NCBI GenBank assembly: GCA_951406725.2
Contig: OX597821.1
Span: 53,382,001 to 53,446,000, forward strand
Reading direction: 5' to 3'
From: Octopus vulgaris
Taxonomy: Eukaryota
Length of the DNA stretch: 64,000 nucleotides
Shown here: piece by piece, positions 38,361 to 52,439 of the stretch
Position numbering within the stretch: position 1 is the first letter of the stretch
How the letters are laid out: each line of letters begins with the position of its first letter
The notes under the pieces: model-generated
Databases searched by the model: none
Seen by the model: only the letters and a program-made list of their open reading frames with translations
What the model was told of the DNA's origin: nothing
Program-made: the position numbers and the translations under genes

Positions 38361-39550
38361 TGTTCCACTTCTTTAATTATTTAATCAGATGTTAGGAAGA
38401 GGTGGCATATTTCCTTACGTACAAATAATTAGTGATTTCGTATATAATCACATATCTGCTGTGAAAAAACAGACTATTGTATTAACCTGTACTGAACTGA
38501 TACGTATTACATTAAACTGCAGACTGATGAAAAGCAAGACAGCTTCTGTGTGTGTTTGGACCGGCAAGGCATTGTCCGACGTTTTAAAGAGACTAGATTC
38601 ACCACCATTGCGTAGAAATAATTACGTATATATAATTGATAGCATCATTGTTGTTACCGTCAACACCGCACTGAATCAATTAGCTTATATAAATAAAAGA
38701 GTAATATCGTGATCAAAGTACGTAAGAAACCGATATTTTTGACGGAAAAATGTAATAAAAATGTTAGGAAGTTTCGAATGCAAACAATTTCGATTACGTC
38801 CGGTAATAAATGCTGACGACGATATAAAAGTAAATATGTCGGATGCGAGAACACATAATTACTAAACAGGTAGAACAGAATAAATAAGTCGACATTCAAC
38901 TTCTGTTCGACATAATGATATGTAGGCATCCGAAAAGAGATGAATTGAAATGGAGATAGTCAGAGGAAAGAGAGAGCTAACTAAGAAGAGTGAAATGTAA
39001 AGCGGATTAAAACAGGTGAAGGAGGGAGTGAAAACTTTTGTTTTCAGAGTGGTTCATTAAAATCGTAATTACTTTAACAAATGAAGAATTTCAGTTTGCT
39101 GGTCTGGTTTCAAAAATCATACGTGTGTGTAAGTGTCCGTTTCACTGTGTCTCTGTGTATACGTGTTAGTTGTATGTGAGTGGGTGAGTATGAAAATACG
39201 TGTGTGTATGTACACGTATGGGTATGTCTTCCCCGATAAATATAGCCGAGAGAAATTAATGAATCCGACTTATTTAAAAAATTATATATTATTGAAGGGA
39301 ATGTATATCTACTTCAAAATATATTTGTGTTGCACCATCATGTACAGTGAGAAAAAGTCTTTGGTTTTTCAGCTTCAAAAAGATTTGATCTTTGAGCAAC
39401 ATAATTATTTCTGTAACCTTCAAATAAACATTTCTAATTATTAAAACCAATAATATGGAAATTCGAAATAACGTATTTATACAAAATTGATATGTTACCA
39501 TAGGTAGCTCAAATGAGTTTCCCATTGGTCCAATTACAATCTGATATTTA

Positions 39551-39753
<203 letters not shown>

Positions 39754-41574
39754 CCGACATATATATTTTATATATCTGTTCGACCGTGTACATTACCTAA
39801 CATTTCGGGCATTTTATCTTAGTCATAAAGAGAATATGAGGGAGCTACTGGCAGAGTTACTTTGGAGTAAATTGAAAACAATGGAGAGGGTGTGAAGATA
39901 GGAGGGTAATAATTCTATCAAAGTTTGCGAATGGGATGGAAGGTAGTTGTGTAAAGCGTTGAGTGATGAAATTCAGAGGCAGATCTAGGACACTTGAAAG
40001 TCAGGTTCGTCTAGCAATAATTGAGAAAGGAGATGATGGAGGAGAGAAGGGTATTGGTATAATGGGGGCAATTTTTTTTACAGCAGATATAATAGGAGAA
40101 TATCTGTCGTTTCCCAAAATAATTTAAACTAGAAAGAAAACTTCATTCAAAGGAAGAAGTTATACGACATAATAGTTTTTATGTTTCGGAAACCTCTTAT
40201 ATTCATTTATTCGTTCTTTGTTGCATGTGGAATGGCGAAAACATAAAATTACAAAGATTGTTAATGATGAATAATTGCTTAATAGATTTAAGTAAATGGA
40301 TTTTTAGGAGAAAGCTAGGAAAAAATTAAATCTGAAAGTGTTTCATTAAAGAACTGTTTCATGGTGAAATCTAATTTTTAATAAATAATCAAATAAATAT
40401 GAAAGAGAAAATTAGTGCTACATGCTAAAATTGATAGCATTTTAAAGATTGCTAATAGCAAAGCTGATTGGCTGCTATTGAAATTTAATTTCATTTTAGC
40501 GTGAACTACATGGCTAAATAGATTTTGGATTCTGCTTTGAAATAGTAGATGTCTGGAATAAAAAACAAATTTCTATGAATAGCGTGTGTCTTTTACACAT
40601 GAGACGTTTGAGGTTAACGATTATCGAACGCATACAGAAATTTATCGCCGAATTCGAGGCGAAGAAAGAAAAACACCACAAAAAAAACTCATCAAAAGAT
40701 ACATATATAATTTTACACACACAAAAGAGCGCGCACACACACGTTTGCATGTATATACATACATACGTACATATATATATATGTATACAAACACACACAA
40801 ATATTTACTTTCAGATAGTAGATAGATAGCTATATGGTTAAATAGGCGGTTATAAGGATATAAATATATGTGTGAATGTTCACATATGTATATACATACA
40901 TAGACACACGCTGACACACGCGTATATATAGCTGTGTACATGTGGGTGCATATGGATGATTACAGACAGTGACATATGAAGGCAGATAAGAGAAAATTCA
41001 GTATTAACATACTACGTAATTAATAATTTGATTGAATTTCAGGTTCTTTCAATCTGTATCTTATTTCCTCGCAGATAGATTTCAGTTTTTATGGAGAAGG
41101 TTTTGACGATGATATATTTGCGGAAATTATACATACTTTCAAGTCATATCGATTTTAGTTATTTTCTATAAATGTAATTTTCTGGCATGACAATGAAATC
41201 CACAGCAAACCTAAAAACACTTTCCCTTTATTTTTATCTAGAGCATGATAGGGGTTTAACGTTTTTCATTTAAACAGGAGCCTTGGATGATTGCACTTGG
41301 TTTATTTTCTTAGGTGCATTCTTTAGTTTCGTGTGCAATGCTATTTATTATCCTTTTTTTGTTTTGCATCTTCTTAATTAACAATCAATATGATGAAACA
41401 AGAAATGTTCGACGAACTTGACTCTAATTTTCATTTCAAATTTGAGTTTATCGCATTTGTTTTCTTGATAGACACTCGTGAGTTTTCATGAATATATCTA
41501 CAAAGTTAGACACACATCTATGCATACACACACAGACGGATGCTTATACATAAATATACATGTATATGTATGCA

Positions 41575-41580
41575 TGGGTG

Positions 41581-41650
<70 letters not shown>

Positions 41651-41718
41651 AAATATATATGTGCATATATATAAACACACATATATAGACATACAAATAT
41701 GGATATATATATATATAC

Positions 41719-41756
<38 letters not shown>

Positions 41757-41774
41757 TTATATATATATACAAAC

Positions 41775-41815
<41 letters not shown>

Positions 41816-41985
41816 TATATACATATATATACATATATATCCATGCATATATTCATACATGCATATGCATATATATACATACAAATATACATATATATAG
41901 TTAGATGTATATAGGCATATATGTATATTTACATATGTACATATATATATAAATATATATATATATACATATGTATACACATATA
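41575..41985. repeat. Degenerate (TA/CA)n tract
   Basis: Seen directly. Confidence 0.9.
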
Positions 41986-43345
41986 TAACAGAAGAGGATG
42001 TAGTATTGTCCATTTTGATGAGATGAGATCAAACCCAGCAACAGGCCCAGATCTATTCCATTTTGTTCTCTTAAATACATGTTAAAAAAAAGTCTCTTGC
42101 AAAGTCTCTGCAGATACTTTTTCAGGGATTCCTTGCAAGTGGTAATCTTCTCAACATGCTAACAGATGGTATGATATACCCTGTCCATAAAGGAGGGAGC
42201 AGAGCTGATACTAAAAATTACAAACCCATCTGTCTGACCACACATGTTAGCAAGACAAAGATCACGCTCTTAGAAGAAAATAACCTTCTCACAAACACTC
42301 AAAATGACTTCCGTCCAGGGAGGCGCTGAGTCACACAGCTGCTGCAGCACTTTGACTGGGTACTGAAACAACAGCTAAACCTGTCAGCTGTATACGTGAT
42401 TTACATCTAAGCTGTACTGGGGCTACTACTCATCGTGGTGGCCCCTCTTAGACATGCCCTCTGCGGTACAGTCAGCCAATCTGACTAGTTATGCTGACGA
42501 CACAAAAGTATCGCAAGCAGTTAGGAATCTAGAGGTCATCATAAAACTGCAGAAACACCTAAGTGGAATATACAAATGGGCTAACAAAAATAATATGCAA
42601 TTCAATGCTATGAAATTTCAAGCACTCCACTATCGGTCCAACACCACGCTAAAATCGGAATACAATGGACTAGAAGGTAATACGATCCCAGAGTCAGAGT
42701 CGGTGCGTGTCCAGGAGGTTCACATGACCAATGATGCAACATTCCATGTGCATATTACCCGAATGGCTACACTGTGCAGGCGAGTGGCTGGATGGATTTC
42801 TAGTACATTCAGAACCAGGAAAAGGAAGGCCTTGCTACTGCTATGGTGGACTTTCGTTCTCATCCACATGGACTACAGCTCTAGACTATTGTGCCGAGAT
42901 AGTGTGAAACAAACTGTGGAACATGAAGCCATCTTGCGCCAATACTCAAAGAACATTAATTCGATGTCAAAGATGGGACACTGGGAGGGGCTAAAGGAGC
43001 TGGAAAAAAGATTTGGAATTGACAGCTATACTAATCATCGAACTGGTTTGTGCCGCATCGTACTAAAGATCTTGTCTTCCCATCTAAAATGAGGACACAG
43101 TACTGTAATAGTCTGGGTTTCAAGGGTCCGCTCCTGTTTTATATCCTGCCAGGCAGCAGCCTGGGAGATATATATGATATCGATGTGAAAGTTTTCAAGG
43201 AACGTATGGACAGGTTTCTATCTGAGATACCAGATGAACCCACACCGCAGCTGAAGACACCTAAGAAGAGCAGCTACGTCCAGCTTAATACTTCACCACA
43301 GATAATACCGGAAAAATACCGAATAACTACAGCCCTGAGCTGAAT
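41985..43345 (+). mobile_element. Decayed CR1/L2-group LINE RT fragment
   Basis: 'PATGPD', 'IYPVHKGGSRADTKNYKPICLT', 'SYADDTKV..WANKNNMQFNAMKFQ', 'MDRFLSEIPDEP'. Deletions and frameshifts are present. Confidence 0.9.
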
Positions 43346-43378
43346 CCAGTAAAAGATAAACGATAAACGATAAAAGCC

Positions 43379-43498
43379 ATATATACATACATATATTCAA
43401 ATATACATATATATACATATATATACACATATGTACACACACATATATATATATATACGTATGTACATATACATACATATACATATATATACATATAC

Positions 43499-43541
<43 letters not shown>

Positions 43542-43573
43542 TATGTATACATACATATATATACGTGTATACA

Positions 43574-43611
<38 letters not shown>

Positions 43612-43898
43612 TATGTATACATACATATATATACGTGTATACATATTTATATATATATATATATATATATATACATACACATACATATACATATATATGT
43701 ATACATACATATATATATATATATATACATGCATACATACACACACACACATATATATATATATACATACACATACATATACATATATATGTATACATAC
43801 ATATATATACATGCATACATACACATATATATATACATGCATATACATATATACATATATGCATATATATGTATATATATATATATATGTATACATAC

Positions 43899-43960
<62 letters not shown>
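43379..43960. repeat. Long degenerate (TA/CA)n tract with internal higher-order duplication
   Basis: 'atacatatatatgtatacatacatatatatacgtgtatacatattt' is repeated. Confidence 0.9.
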
Positions 43961-43964
<4 letters not shown>

Positions 43965-45338
43965 AAAACTATTTTTTTTTACATAATTGCTTGGAAGTGC
44001 TCAGGTCGAAGCCGAGACACTAGACGTTGCATAACTTGATTTAAGAAGAGACAACATTTAGATAAATCATTCTACTGTTATCATTTACATCAACATAATA
44101 AATATATAAAACACAATATTTACAGCAAAACAAAGAACAAATAAATATATATATTATTTAGAATAGAAACAAGAAATACATGATGTAAAAATATAAATGC
44201 AAAGGACAACATAAAGGGTGATATATCGATTCAAAATCATATTAAATTTCAGATTAAAAAGGTTGTATTAAGAATTAAAAGTTGTAAAATATATCAACCG
44301 TAGTTAGAAATCCTAATGATGTATTTAAAAGTTTTAAAAGTTCTAAAGAAATGTTTATTGAGGGTTACAGCACCATATAAGAGCTATTTGGACGGCCGTG
44401 TCTGGAGTCCATTTCTCTACAAGGTATGAATACTTTAGTTTCACACTGACATTATCCCCTTCATCAGGAATAAGGAAATAGACGTTTAAGATTGACGAAC
44501 TGTAAGAGAAAGGGAAATTTTAGATTACATTATGTTAATCGTCGGCTAATCTATCACACGCCAGTAACTTTTACGATAATTCACGCTTATATACGAAAAG
44601 GAATTTCTGGTGTAGTATATGATTTAGTATATAAAACAAAGTTCAATAAATTTAATCATGCTTTTCGTAAAATGGAGGAGATTAAATGTTGGTGTGGAGT
44701 GAAATTATTATTATTCATGTAGTTATACGATCGTGTCATACAGAAAGCCAATAAATTCATTGTAAGAATCTGGGTTGACAAAAAGTATTCTTCAGTAGCA
44801 AAAAATAAAGAAAGAAAAAGAAGCGAAAAGGACGTTAGAATTACATAGGGATGGTGTTCGCAGTAATTGTTCTTATAGTCGTATCTATTTAAAACACGAC
44901 TAAAGGGTCTCAGTTTGATGTTGACATATATAAAAAATTTATAAGCGTGACATTCTCTTTATAGATTAGTATGAAGGAGCTAATTTTAAACTCCCATGTA
45001 TGAAGTAAAAACCAGAGGGGTTGTGTTTAACGGAAAAAGACTAACCAAATAAGGGAGTATGGAATTTTAAATACCGGGGACTAAAATTTATATTTAACTG
45101 TCAATAATCAATACGGTTTAACGATTAGTTTGAAAAATGTTTAATAGCAATTATAAAGAGTTTGTGCTATATAAACTATGAAAAGATCGTATAGCTACAT
45201 GAATGAAAATAGTTTCAATCCATATTAACATCTAATCTCCATTTTACGAAAAACATAATCGAATTTGTTGAACTTTTAAATCAGATACTTAATATAATTA
45301 AATAAGTTTTCATATCTACGCTAATTTACATCAGTGAA

Positions 45339-46346
45339 TTAAAAGCATATAGTTTCCATCCGGATATTGTACGATGGGTTGGTGCCTTCCTCTCAGATCG
45401 CTCCTTCCAAGTCCAAGTTAATGGTTCGCGGTCCGACGTCTCCAGTGCGAGCAGTGGCGTGCCTCAAGGTTCAGTGCTTGGGCCCTTGTTGTTCTTAGTC
45501 TTCATAAATGACTTGACCGACGACCTCACGCAACACACCCTTCTATTTGCCGACGATATCAAACTGGTCGCTCCTCGCGGTGATATAGAGAATCTTCGTC
45601 GATGCCTCCACCAAATTTGGAAGTGGTCTAACGATTGGGACCTGTGTCTGAACGTGTCAAAGTGCTGTCATCTGCCTGTTGGCTCTCCTCCTGCAACTCA
45701 ACTTGATTTCGAGCCGGGTCGTCTGCTGCTGGAGAGGACCGATCAGGTAAAGGACCTGGGTATCTTGGTGGATTCCTCCTTTTCGCCTTCGGCCCAGTGT
45801 GTTCATGCTGCCAACAAAGCACGCGGAATTCTGTTCTTGATTCGACGGTCATTCGGAATGCTCACAGCAGCCATATTCCTACCACTCTATGTCACGCTGG
45901 TGAGACCCATATTGGAGTATGGGATTCAAGCCTCTTCTCCTTATCTCCTCAAAGACATACAGCATCTCGAAAGAGTCCAGAAGCTGGCTACCCGCATGGT
46001 TCATGGTCTCAAAAATTTGTCCTACGAAGAAAGGCTGAGGTCGTTCGACCTTTATTCTCTTGAAAAACGCCGCCGCCGTGGTGATCTCATTCTCGCCCAC
46101 AACAGCATAAGCGGAAAGTGTAACCTCTCGAAAGAGCTGTTCTTCACTCCTGCTCCACAGCGTCGGCTGCGGGGTCATTCCGAAAAGCTCTACCTGCGAC
46201 GATTTCATCTCAATCGAAGGAGAGGAGCTTTCTCCGTCCGGGTTGCGGATCCGTGGAACAAGCTGCCAGACGAGATGGTGAAGATGCCGACGACCGCTTT
46301 GTTCAAAGCCTCCCTTGACCTCAAGTGGCCTGAACTCTTTACATGA
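45339..46346 (+). CDS. Reverse transcriptase C-terminal part of LINE ORF2; partial, with no true start
   Basis: 'LKAY..VRWVGAFLSDRSFQV..SGVPQGSVLGPLLFLVFINDL..LLFADDIKL..KDLGILVD..LERVQKLATR..RRGDLI..WNKLP'. The frame is open 40 codons upstream of the annotated GTG at 45459. Confidence 0.85.
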   Translation, partial: LKAYSFHPDIVRWVGAFLSDRSFQVQVNGSRSDVSSASSGVPQGSVLGPLLFLVFINDLTDDLTQHTLLFADDIKLVAPRGDIENLRRCLHQIWKWSNDWDLCLNVSKCCHLPVGSPPATQLDFEPGRLLLERTDQVKDLGILVDSSFSPSAQCVHAANKARGILFLIRRSFGMLTAAIFLPLYVTLVRPILEYGIQASSPYLLKDIQHLERVQKLATRMVHGLKNLSYEERLRSFDLYSLEKRRRRGDLILAHNSISGKCNLSKELFFTPAPQRRLRGHSEKLYLRRFHLNRRRGAFSVRVADPWNKLPDEMVKMPTTALFKASLDLKWPELFT

Positions 46347-46426
46347 ACACCACCCTGTACTTAACTCCATGTCCCCCTACATGGCCTTGCTATTTGCTTT
46401 TGAGCCAAATTAACTAACTAACTAAC
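45339..46426 (+). mobile_element. Young 5'-truncated CR1/L2-group LINE with (TAAC)n tail
   Basis: Uninterrupted RT frame, short 3' UTR, and (TAAC)4 at 46411-46426. Confidence 0.92.
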
Positions 46427-46510
46427 TAAAAGTAAAGAATGAAGAAACAACGTTAGAAATCTTTTGGAAACTACTCCAGTTACAGGTCGAATTTGCATTC
46501 AACCCTTTTC

Positions 46511-46514
<4 letters not shown>

Positions 46515-46541
<27 letters not shown>

Positions 46542-46542
46542 G

Positions 46543-46634
<92 letters not shown>
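46515..46634. repeat. (TA)n-(GATA)n microsatellite
   Basis: Seen directly. Confidence 0.95.
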
Positions 46635-46635
<1 letters not shown>

Positions 46636-47611
46636 AGTGGCGTCTGAACTGTATAATCTATACAGCAATATTCGCTACCCATATTCCTTACACAAACTGA
46701 TAAAATCTCAATCTTTAGGCGATTTACACATCTCTACAAGACTACTGTTTCATAAAAAAAAATTAAAATGTTTGTATTAAAATATTTTATAAAGTTTAGT
46801 TAATCACGACTCCGTTCTTAGAAATTAGGCCTCTCGGATATGAAGGCATTTCTTGAGAATAGAAAAAGGTCTTGTTTAACGTCAATTTAATCAATACGGA
46901 AATATCTGCAACAGTTTTCGTCGAACAATGCACTAATGCATATGTAGCTTTGCGAAAGTGGATATTAATTATCAGAATGTTTGACTTCAAATATTGTGAC
47001 AGCTTGGCTAATATTTTCTGTATTAGTTGCAAATAAGGTGAAGTGATGTGGGAAGAAAATAAACGATTACAAATCAATACAGAAGTATAAAAAATTATAA
47101 ACCTGACATAAATATCGATTCAATTCAGTGTTGGCTGTTTTTTAAAATCAGTTTCTTGTGATAAATAACTAGTATCACAGCTATAACATTCCTGGCTTGC
47201 TTATTACTATATTGTAATAGATTTCCAGTGTTTAATTGATCAAATCTTGTTTTACGTATTGATTTGCAAAACTGAATAACCAACATTACAGCACTCAGAG
47301 TGTTCTTACATTTCTACGGTCACAGTCAATCAATAACAAAACCTTAAATTTCAAGTTTGTGCAACCAAGGAAGCAGAATGGTTAGCAATAATAATATATT
47401 ACCTATGATATATACATGCAGGTTGTCAGAAATTTTGACACGGAGGGTTCGGTTGCGCATATTCGGTGACTCTTGCTTACTTACGTTGGCGTATGTTTAC
47501 GTACTGTGTCGAAACGTTCTGTCAACGAAATGGAATGAGATTGTGGCGTCTTAAATCTACATTATCCAGTCAACAGTGCCCAGTTACTACACAGAAACAG
47601 CGACAGTCATA

Positions 47612-47684
<73 letters not shown>

Positions 47685-47989
47685 GAGTAAATAATTCCTA
47701 TAACGTTTTTTTTTTAAAAAAACCAACAATTATTTACTGGTAGAATTCGGTATGTAAATATAACCGATTAACGGTAGGAACTTCTGTAAAGTTCAGTATA
47801 TATATTCTATGTAAATAAAAGGGGCAGGCAACAGGTTGCTTGGCCGCATACCGAAAAATTAGAAATAGCAGTCAAGACTGCTTATTTCTATTTTCTGCAA
47901 GTGGGACTCCACATACGACATAACCCTAATTTTGCATATATTTTGCATTTTTGCATATGTTTATATATATATGTATATCGCAGGATTAC

Positions 47990-48132
47990 TGATTTTTGCC
48001 AGCTGAGGGGACTGGAGCAACGTGAAAGTAAATTGTTTTGCTCAAGAACAACGCATCGCCCGGTCCAAAAATCGAAACCACAACCTTACGATCATGAGTT
48101 CAACACCCTAACCACTAAGCTACGCGCCTCCA
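47990..48132 (-). mobile_element. SINE family D, 5' part
   Basis: 'cagctgag.ggactggagcaacgtgaaa...ctcaagaac..cgcccggtcc..cgaaaccaca..ccctaaccactaagc'. Confidence 0.85.
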
Positions 48133-48157
48133 CACACACACGCACACATATAAATAT

Positions 48158-48173
48158 ATAGATAGAGAGAAAT

Positions 48174-48266
<93 letters not shown>
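48158..48266. repeat. (GATA)n microsatellite
   Basis: Seen directly. Confidence 0.95.
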
Positions 48267-50053
48267 CGATAGATATGACCGTATAACGTCCATGTGACGC
48301 TAATATGTTCAAGTATGTAGTGATCAACAATTCAACGTACACACTGGACCGATGTCAGCAGACTCGCGACTTGATCAGCTACATTCATTCAGTTTTGCAA
48401 GCAATGTATAGACAAAGAATTTTCGTAATATTTCACTAAGCAATCGTCATGTAGCGAGACCAATTTAGATTATGGCATATTGAAGAATATTAGGCTTTTT
48501 ACAGTCTGAGCACGTTAATCTATAATGATAGGTCAATTTACCTATCGTGTGAGGTATGTAAATTGGTTGAGTCCTGTGCTGCGACTGGTTGATTATAGCG
48601 CGGGATTTTGATCGAAGGTCATATGACATTGCGCGCAATACATTTTCAAACAACTAATCGGTATATGCTCAGGACTCTTTCTTTTTCCATAAATTATGTA
48701 CGATCAGAGGCATGGGAGATTTTCACCAAAGAGAGTTATGCTGATTTCCTGCGTTTTCACCAGAAGAAAATTAATATAACTAGCACATGTGACCGAGACA
48801 ACCCAAGTTGAATTATCTAAACGATGGATGAACTACAAGAATTTGTAATGTTTCTTGCTTTAATCCAATGTACCGCTTTATAAAAGAATAAAGTTTCACT
48901 GTTATTCTAAAGTCCCTTTCTTTTGTTATTTCCATGAATGAACACGCAAAATATAATATACAATGATATATATGATTCAACAGTAAAACCAAGGGAGGAT
49001 TTAGACACACGTAAAATGTGCTGACTCCTCACATAACACTCATTTAATTCTTTATAACAAACTCAAGACACAAATCCTGTAATTTTGGAACAAACAGTTT
49101 TGTAATCAATAGTCGAGACAAAGCTCCCCTTTAACCTCTTAATATTGGTATATCTTTGAATCCCTTACGTGCATTGAATATCATTAGAATCTGTCACAAC
49201 ATCAATGCACCATAATTAATGTTTAAAGAAAATAATTTTTTTTTAAATATTTGATAAATGACAATGCCTTTACTACAAATTCACATGTTTTCTGAAAGTA
49301 TTTTATTTCTATTTTATCAATTAACATGGCTTTCAGGAAAACATTATTTACACTTATTAATTGCATTCTCTCTGGCTGTATTTGCCGAGTGCCACTAATT
49401 CATGCATTGGAATATAGTGTGTCTCAGAATAAAACAGCTATTCAGATATTTCCTTTAGATTTGGATATGTTTTATTTCATTACATGTTATTTTCAGTTTC
49501 CAAACTTTATAAAATTAAATTTTGAAAAGGAATCCTTATTAAATATTCTTTGGTAAGCTCTGTCATGATTTGGGTCTTGTGTCTTTTGTGATAGATCAAC
49601 ATTAGAAATGTATCAACAAGCGAGAGGAATAAATTAATGTGTAGCCTGATAATTTGTAGAACTTTTCTATACGAACTAATACTGCTTAATATAGTTTTTA
49701 CAGAAGGCAGTTTATCGTATTAATTAGATATGGTTTAATTTTCAATTCATTTTAAAAATTGTCTTCAAGTTCATTGCGAAAAAACGCAAGAATCATACAA
49801 CGAGCCAGAATTAGAAGCAGTTTAAACATCGCGATCATTAGAGATTTCTTTTTCATGGCAACAGGAAAAAAACCCCACCCAAAACTAACATCACTATGCA
49901 AGAACTAAATACATTTAAAATATAGCCAACAAATAGTTATCGATCCAGCTTTCTCGTTGCGTAGTGGGCCATCCGTCCATGTCTTGTATATTCTTCCGTC
50001 AGCCATCTTTCCGATCATTTACGCGAACATTTATCTGCTTACATCCTCCCCCA

Positions 50054-50139
<86 letters not shown>

Positions 50140-50141
<2 letters not shown>

Positions 50142-51335
50142 AATAAAAAGTTTTGAATGGTACAACAATGTACTATAACATAGACTATGGGCTATTTACC
50201 TGTTGTAATTTAGTTATCCATAGTCTGATATGATATTTCAGAATTATATTCCTTCTTCAGATATTCTTAGATGGAGTCGCTGCTATAATCTGTTTTCTAA
50301 TGGCTTTCCTTTATTATTCTTTGGAAGCGTCTCAGCAGTGGTCTCACGACGCACCTTCCGGAATTCCTCATGAGAAGTGTGTGAGGTCGGCCATGTCTCA
50401 ATCTCGTGTGTACTGGTACATACATAGCGCTGCTCCTAAGTTACGTATTACACGTGCAGCTTCCCTTTTCCCCCTCCTTTCTTTTTCTCTTCTCTTCTTT
50501 TTTTTTTTGTTAAAAACTACAGATGAGCATAATATCAAAAATGAACCTACAGGCATCCAGATGTATCTAAATAATGTGCTGATTACAGCTTGCTGTTAAT
50601 TTGGGGCCCTAGTCTGTGTAAGAGTATAGCTTCCTTAATTCTTAAATTACCCAAATTTCTTTCATTGGCCTCAATTGTGACTGTTATGTTCTTGTCGGTG
50701 TTCCGGCATCAGTCTAGATGTTTTCTGAAGAAGGAAGACTTCATGTTCAGTTGTTCTTTGATGCGGGCGTGTAACGGTCTTGTTGTGCTACCCACATAGA
50801 ACTTGTTACATTTGTTACATTGTATTCTATACACAACATTTACCCGTTGGCATAAATCTATGTTACGGATGGGACAGTTTGTTAGTGTACATTGATTGTT
50901 GACCCTTATTTGTTTTTAGGGAGGTGTCCTCTCAGAGAGGGGCCAGAGTGGACTAGTTGTATGTCTAGCCATTCTATCCTTATGGCTCTTCGGATAGATG
51001 TAGCTATCCTCTCGCTAAAATGGGGTATTTTAAGGAAAAATGTGTTCGGGGTGTTGGTTGTCTTGGGTACTTAATCCGATTTACAATGGATCTATGGTAA
51101 CCGGTGGTTTCCAATATATCTATGAAGCGGGTAGTGTGGGTTACCTTGTGCACTGTTCTGCTGCACTTACCCTGGATGCGTGCAAGTTCATTTCTGGTGT
51201 ATACTATTTTGGCACCGAGTGGAAGTGCTGAATTGTACTGGACAAACATATCTCTACTGGCTGCTTTCCTGTAGAACTCGGTGTTGATCTACCCTTCTTC
51301 CGTTATATTCAGTTTAAAGTCAAGTTACTAGATCG
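50140..51335 (-). mobile_element. Penelope-like element 3' part (RT thumb, GIY-YIG endonuclease, pLTR)
   Basis: 'NTEFYRKAASRDMFVQYNSALP..RNELARI' and 'QCNKCNKFYVGSTTRPLHARIKEQL'. The non-coding tail ends at (TA)n. Confidence 0.88.
50227..50266 (-). ncRNA. Minimal type-I hammerhead in a Penelope pLTR
   Basis: AUAU-CUGAAGA-A-GGAA-UAUAA-UUCU-GAAA-UA-UC-AUAU. Stem I is 4 bp. Stem II closes with G-U. Confidence 0.7.
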
Positions 51336-52439
51336 CTATCACTACTTACATAACTACATACATAACTACTTACATACATACATACATATATACATACATA
51401 CATACATACACACACATATGTACATGCACACACACATGCACACACACACACCAACACAAACACACACATACATGCACACACTCACACCCACACCCACATA
51501 TCTTTTATGCAGTTGTTTAGCAAGATTCTCTGTGTAAAATCGTGTCTTGAAACAGATATTCTTATCTCAGATCCTGTCCCGCGCGAAGTGGAGAGAAGTG
51601 GACAGAATATCGTTAAAGAGGTCACAGAATGTGTGGCGAAAGAACTGACAAATAGACTGATAATAATTATAAAGCTAAAGTGAAAAGTAAGTAAATAGAC
51701 TGTTCGTTTATTGACAAATCAAACTGACTATACCTAAATATGACAGTGTCTGTGTGTATATATGTATGTAAGTATGCATATATATGGATGTCGGCTGATT
51801 ATTGTGTAAGGGAATTGCCTGTTAATAACCTGTTAACCTATGCCAGCCGTTGTAGATTTTAATAAAAATATCATATAGATATCCTTTGTAATTTAAATAT
51901 AATGCAAGATCATGTCAATAGAAAGAAAATTTGTAACAAAATTGGCAGATACGTGTACTTTTAGAAAGCTAATTTAATATAATAGCATGTTTTTATCTCT
52001 TTCATTATAGGATAATAGGCCTTGTTTTGCAGAGACAATCTTGCTTGAATGTGCAAAGATTATAGAAATATGTTTGTGTACACATTTTTGTGGTTGCGTG
52101 TGAATATGTATATGTGTTTGTTTTCCGATACGTTCTGCCAATGTGCAAAATTATTTACAATATATGGAGTTATTTCTGTTGTGGCTACCTAAAAACTAAC
52201 CTGTTCCACCCTGACTACTTCATATTTAAACTAACAACCATACCAACGTGGAGCATTGCCTCAAAACCAGGCACCATTACTTTTTTTTAGCTCAAAAACT
52301 AAACAAATTTCAAAGTTTTGCAACATTGATTAGAATATTTCATAGTTATGGTAAGGCAAATCCTGGAGAATATATTGACATATTCTTTCCATATATGTGT
52401 CCCTTCTTGTTACATATATATACATATATATATATGTAC

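Noticed and set aside
38523-38550. CTGATGA-AAAGC..GCTT hammerhead-like start
   Set aside because: No GAAA, stem III or UH follows.
45879-46370. 163-aa antisense ORF and other overlapping ORFs in the LINE
   Set aside because: Shadow frames of a GC-rich RT coding strand, with no recognisable motif.
47422-47526. Stem-GAAACGTT-stem as a hammerhead
   Set aside because: The 5' strand is AAATTTT instead of CUGANGA and is simply the reverse complement. A ~23-bp inverted repeat (MITE-like) explains it better.
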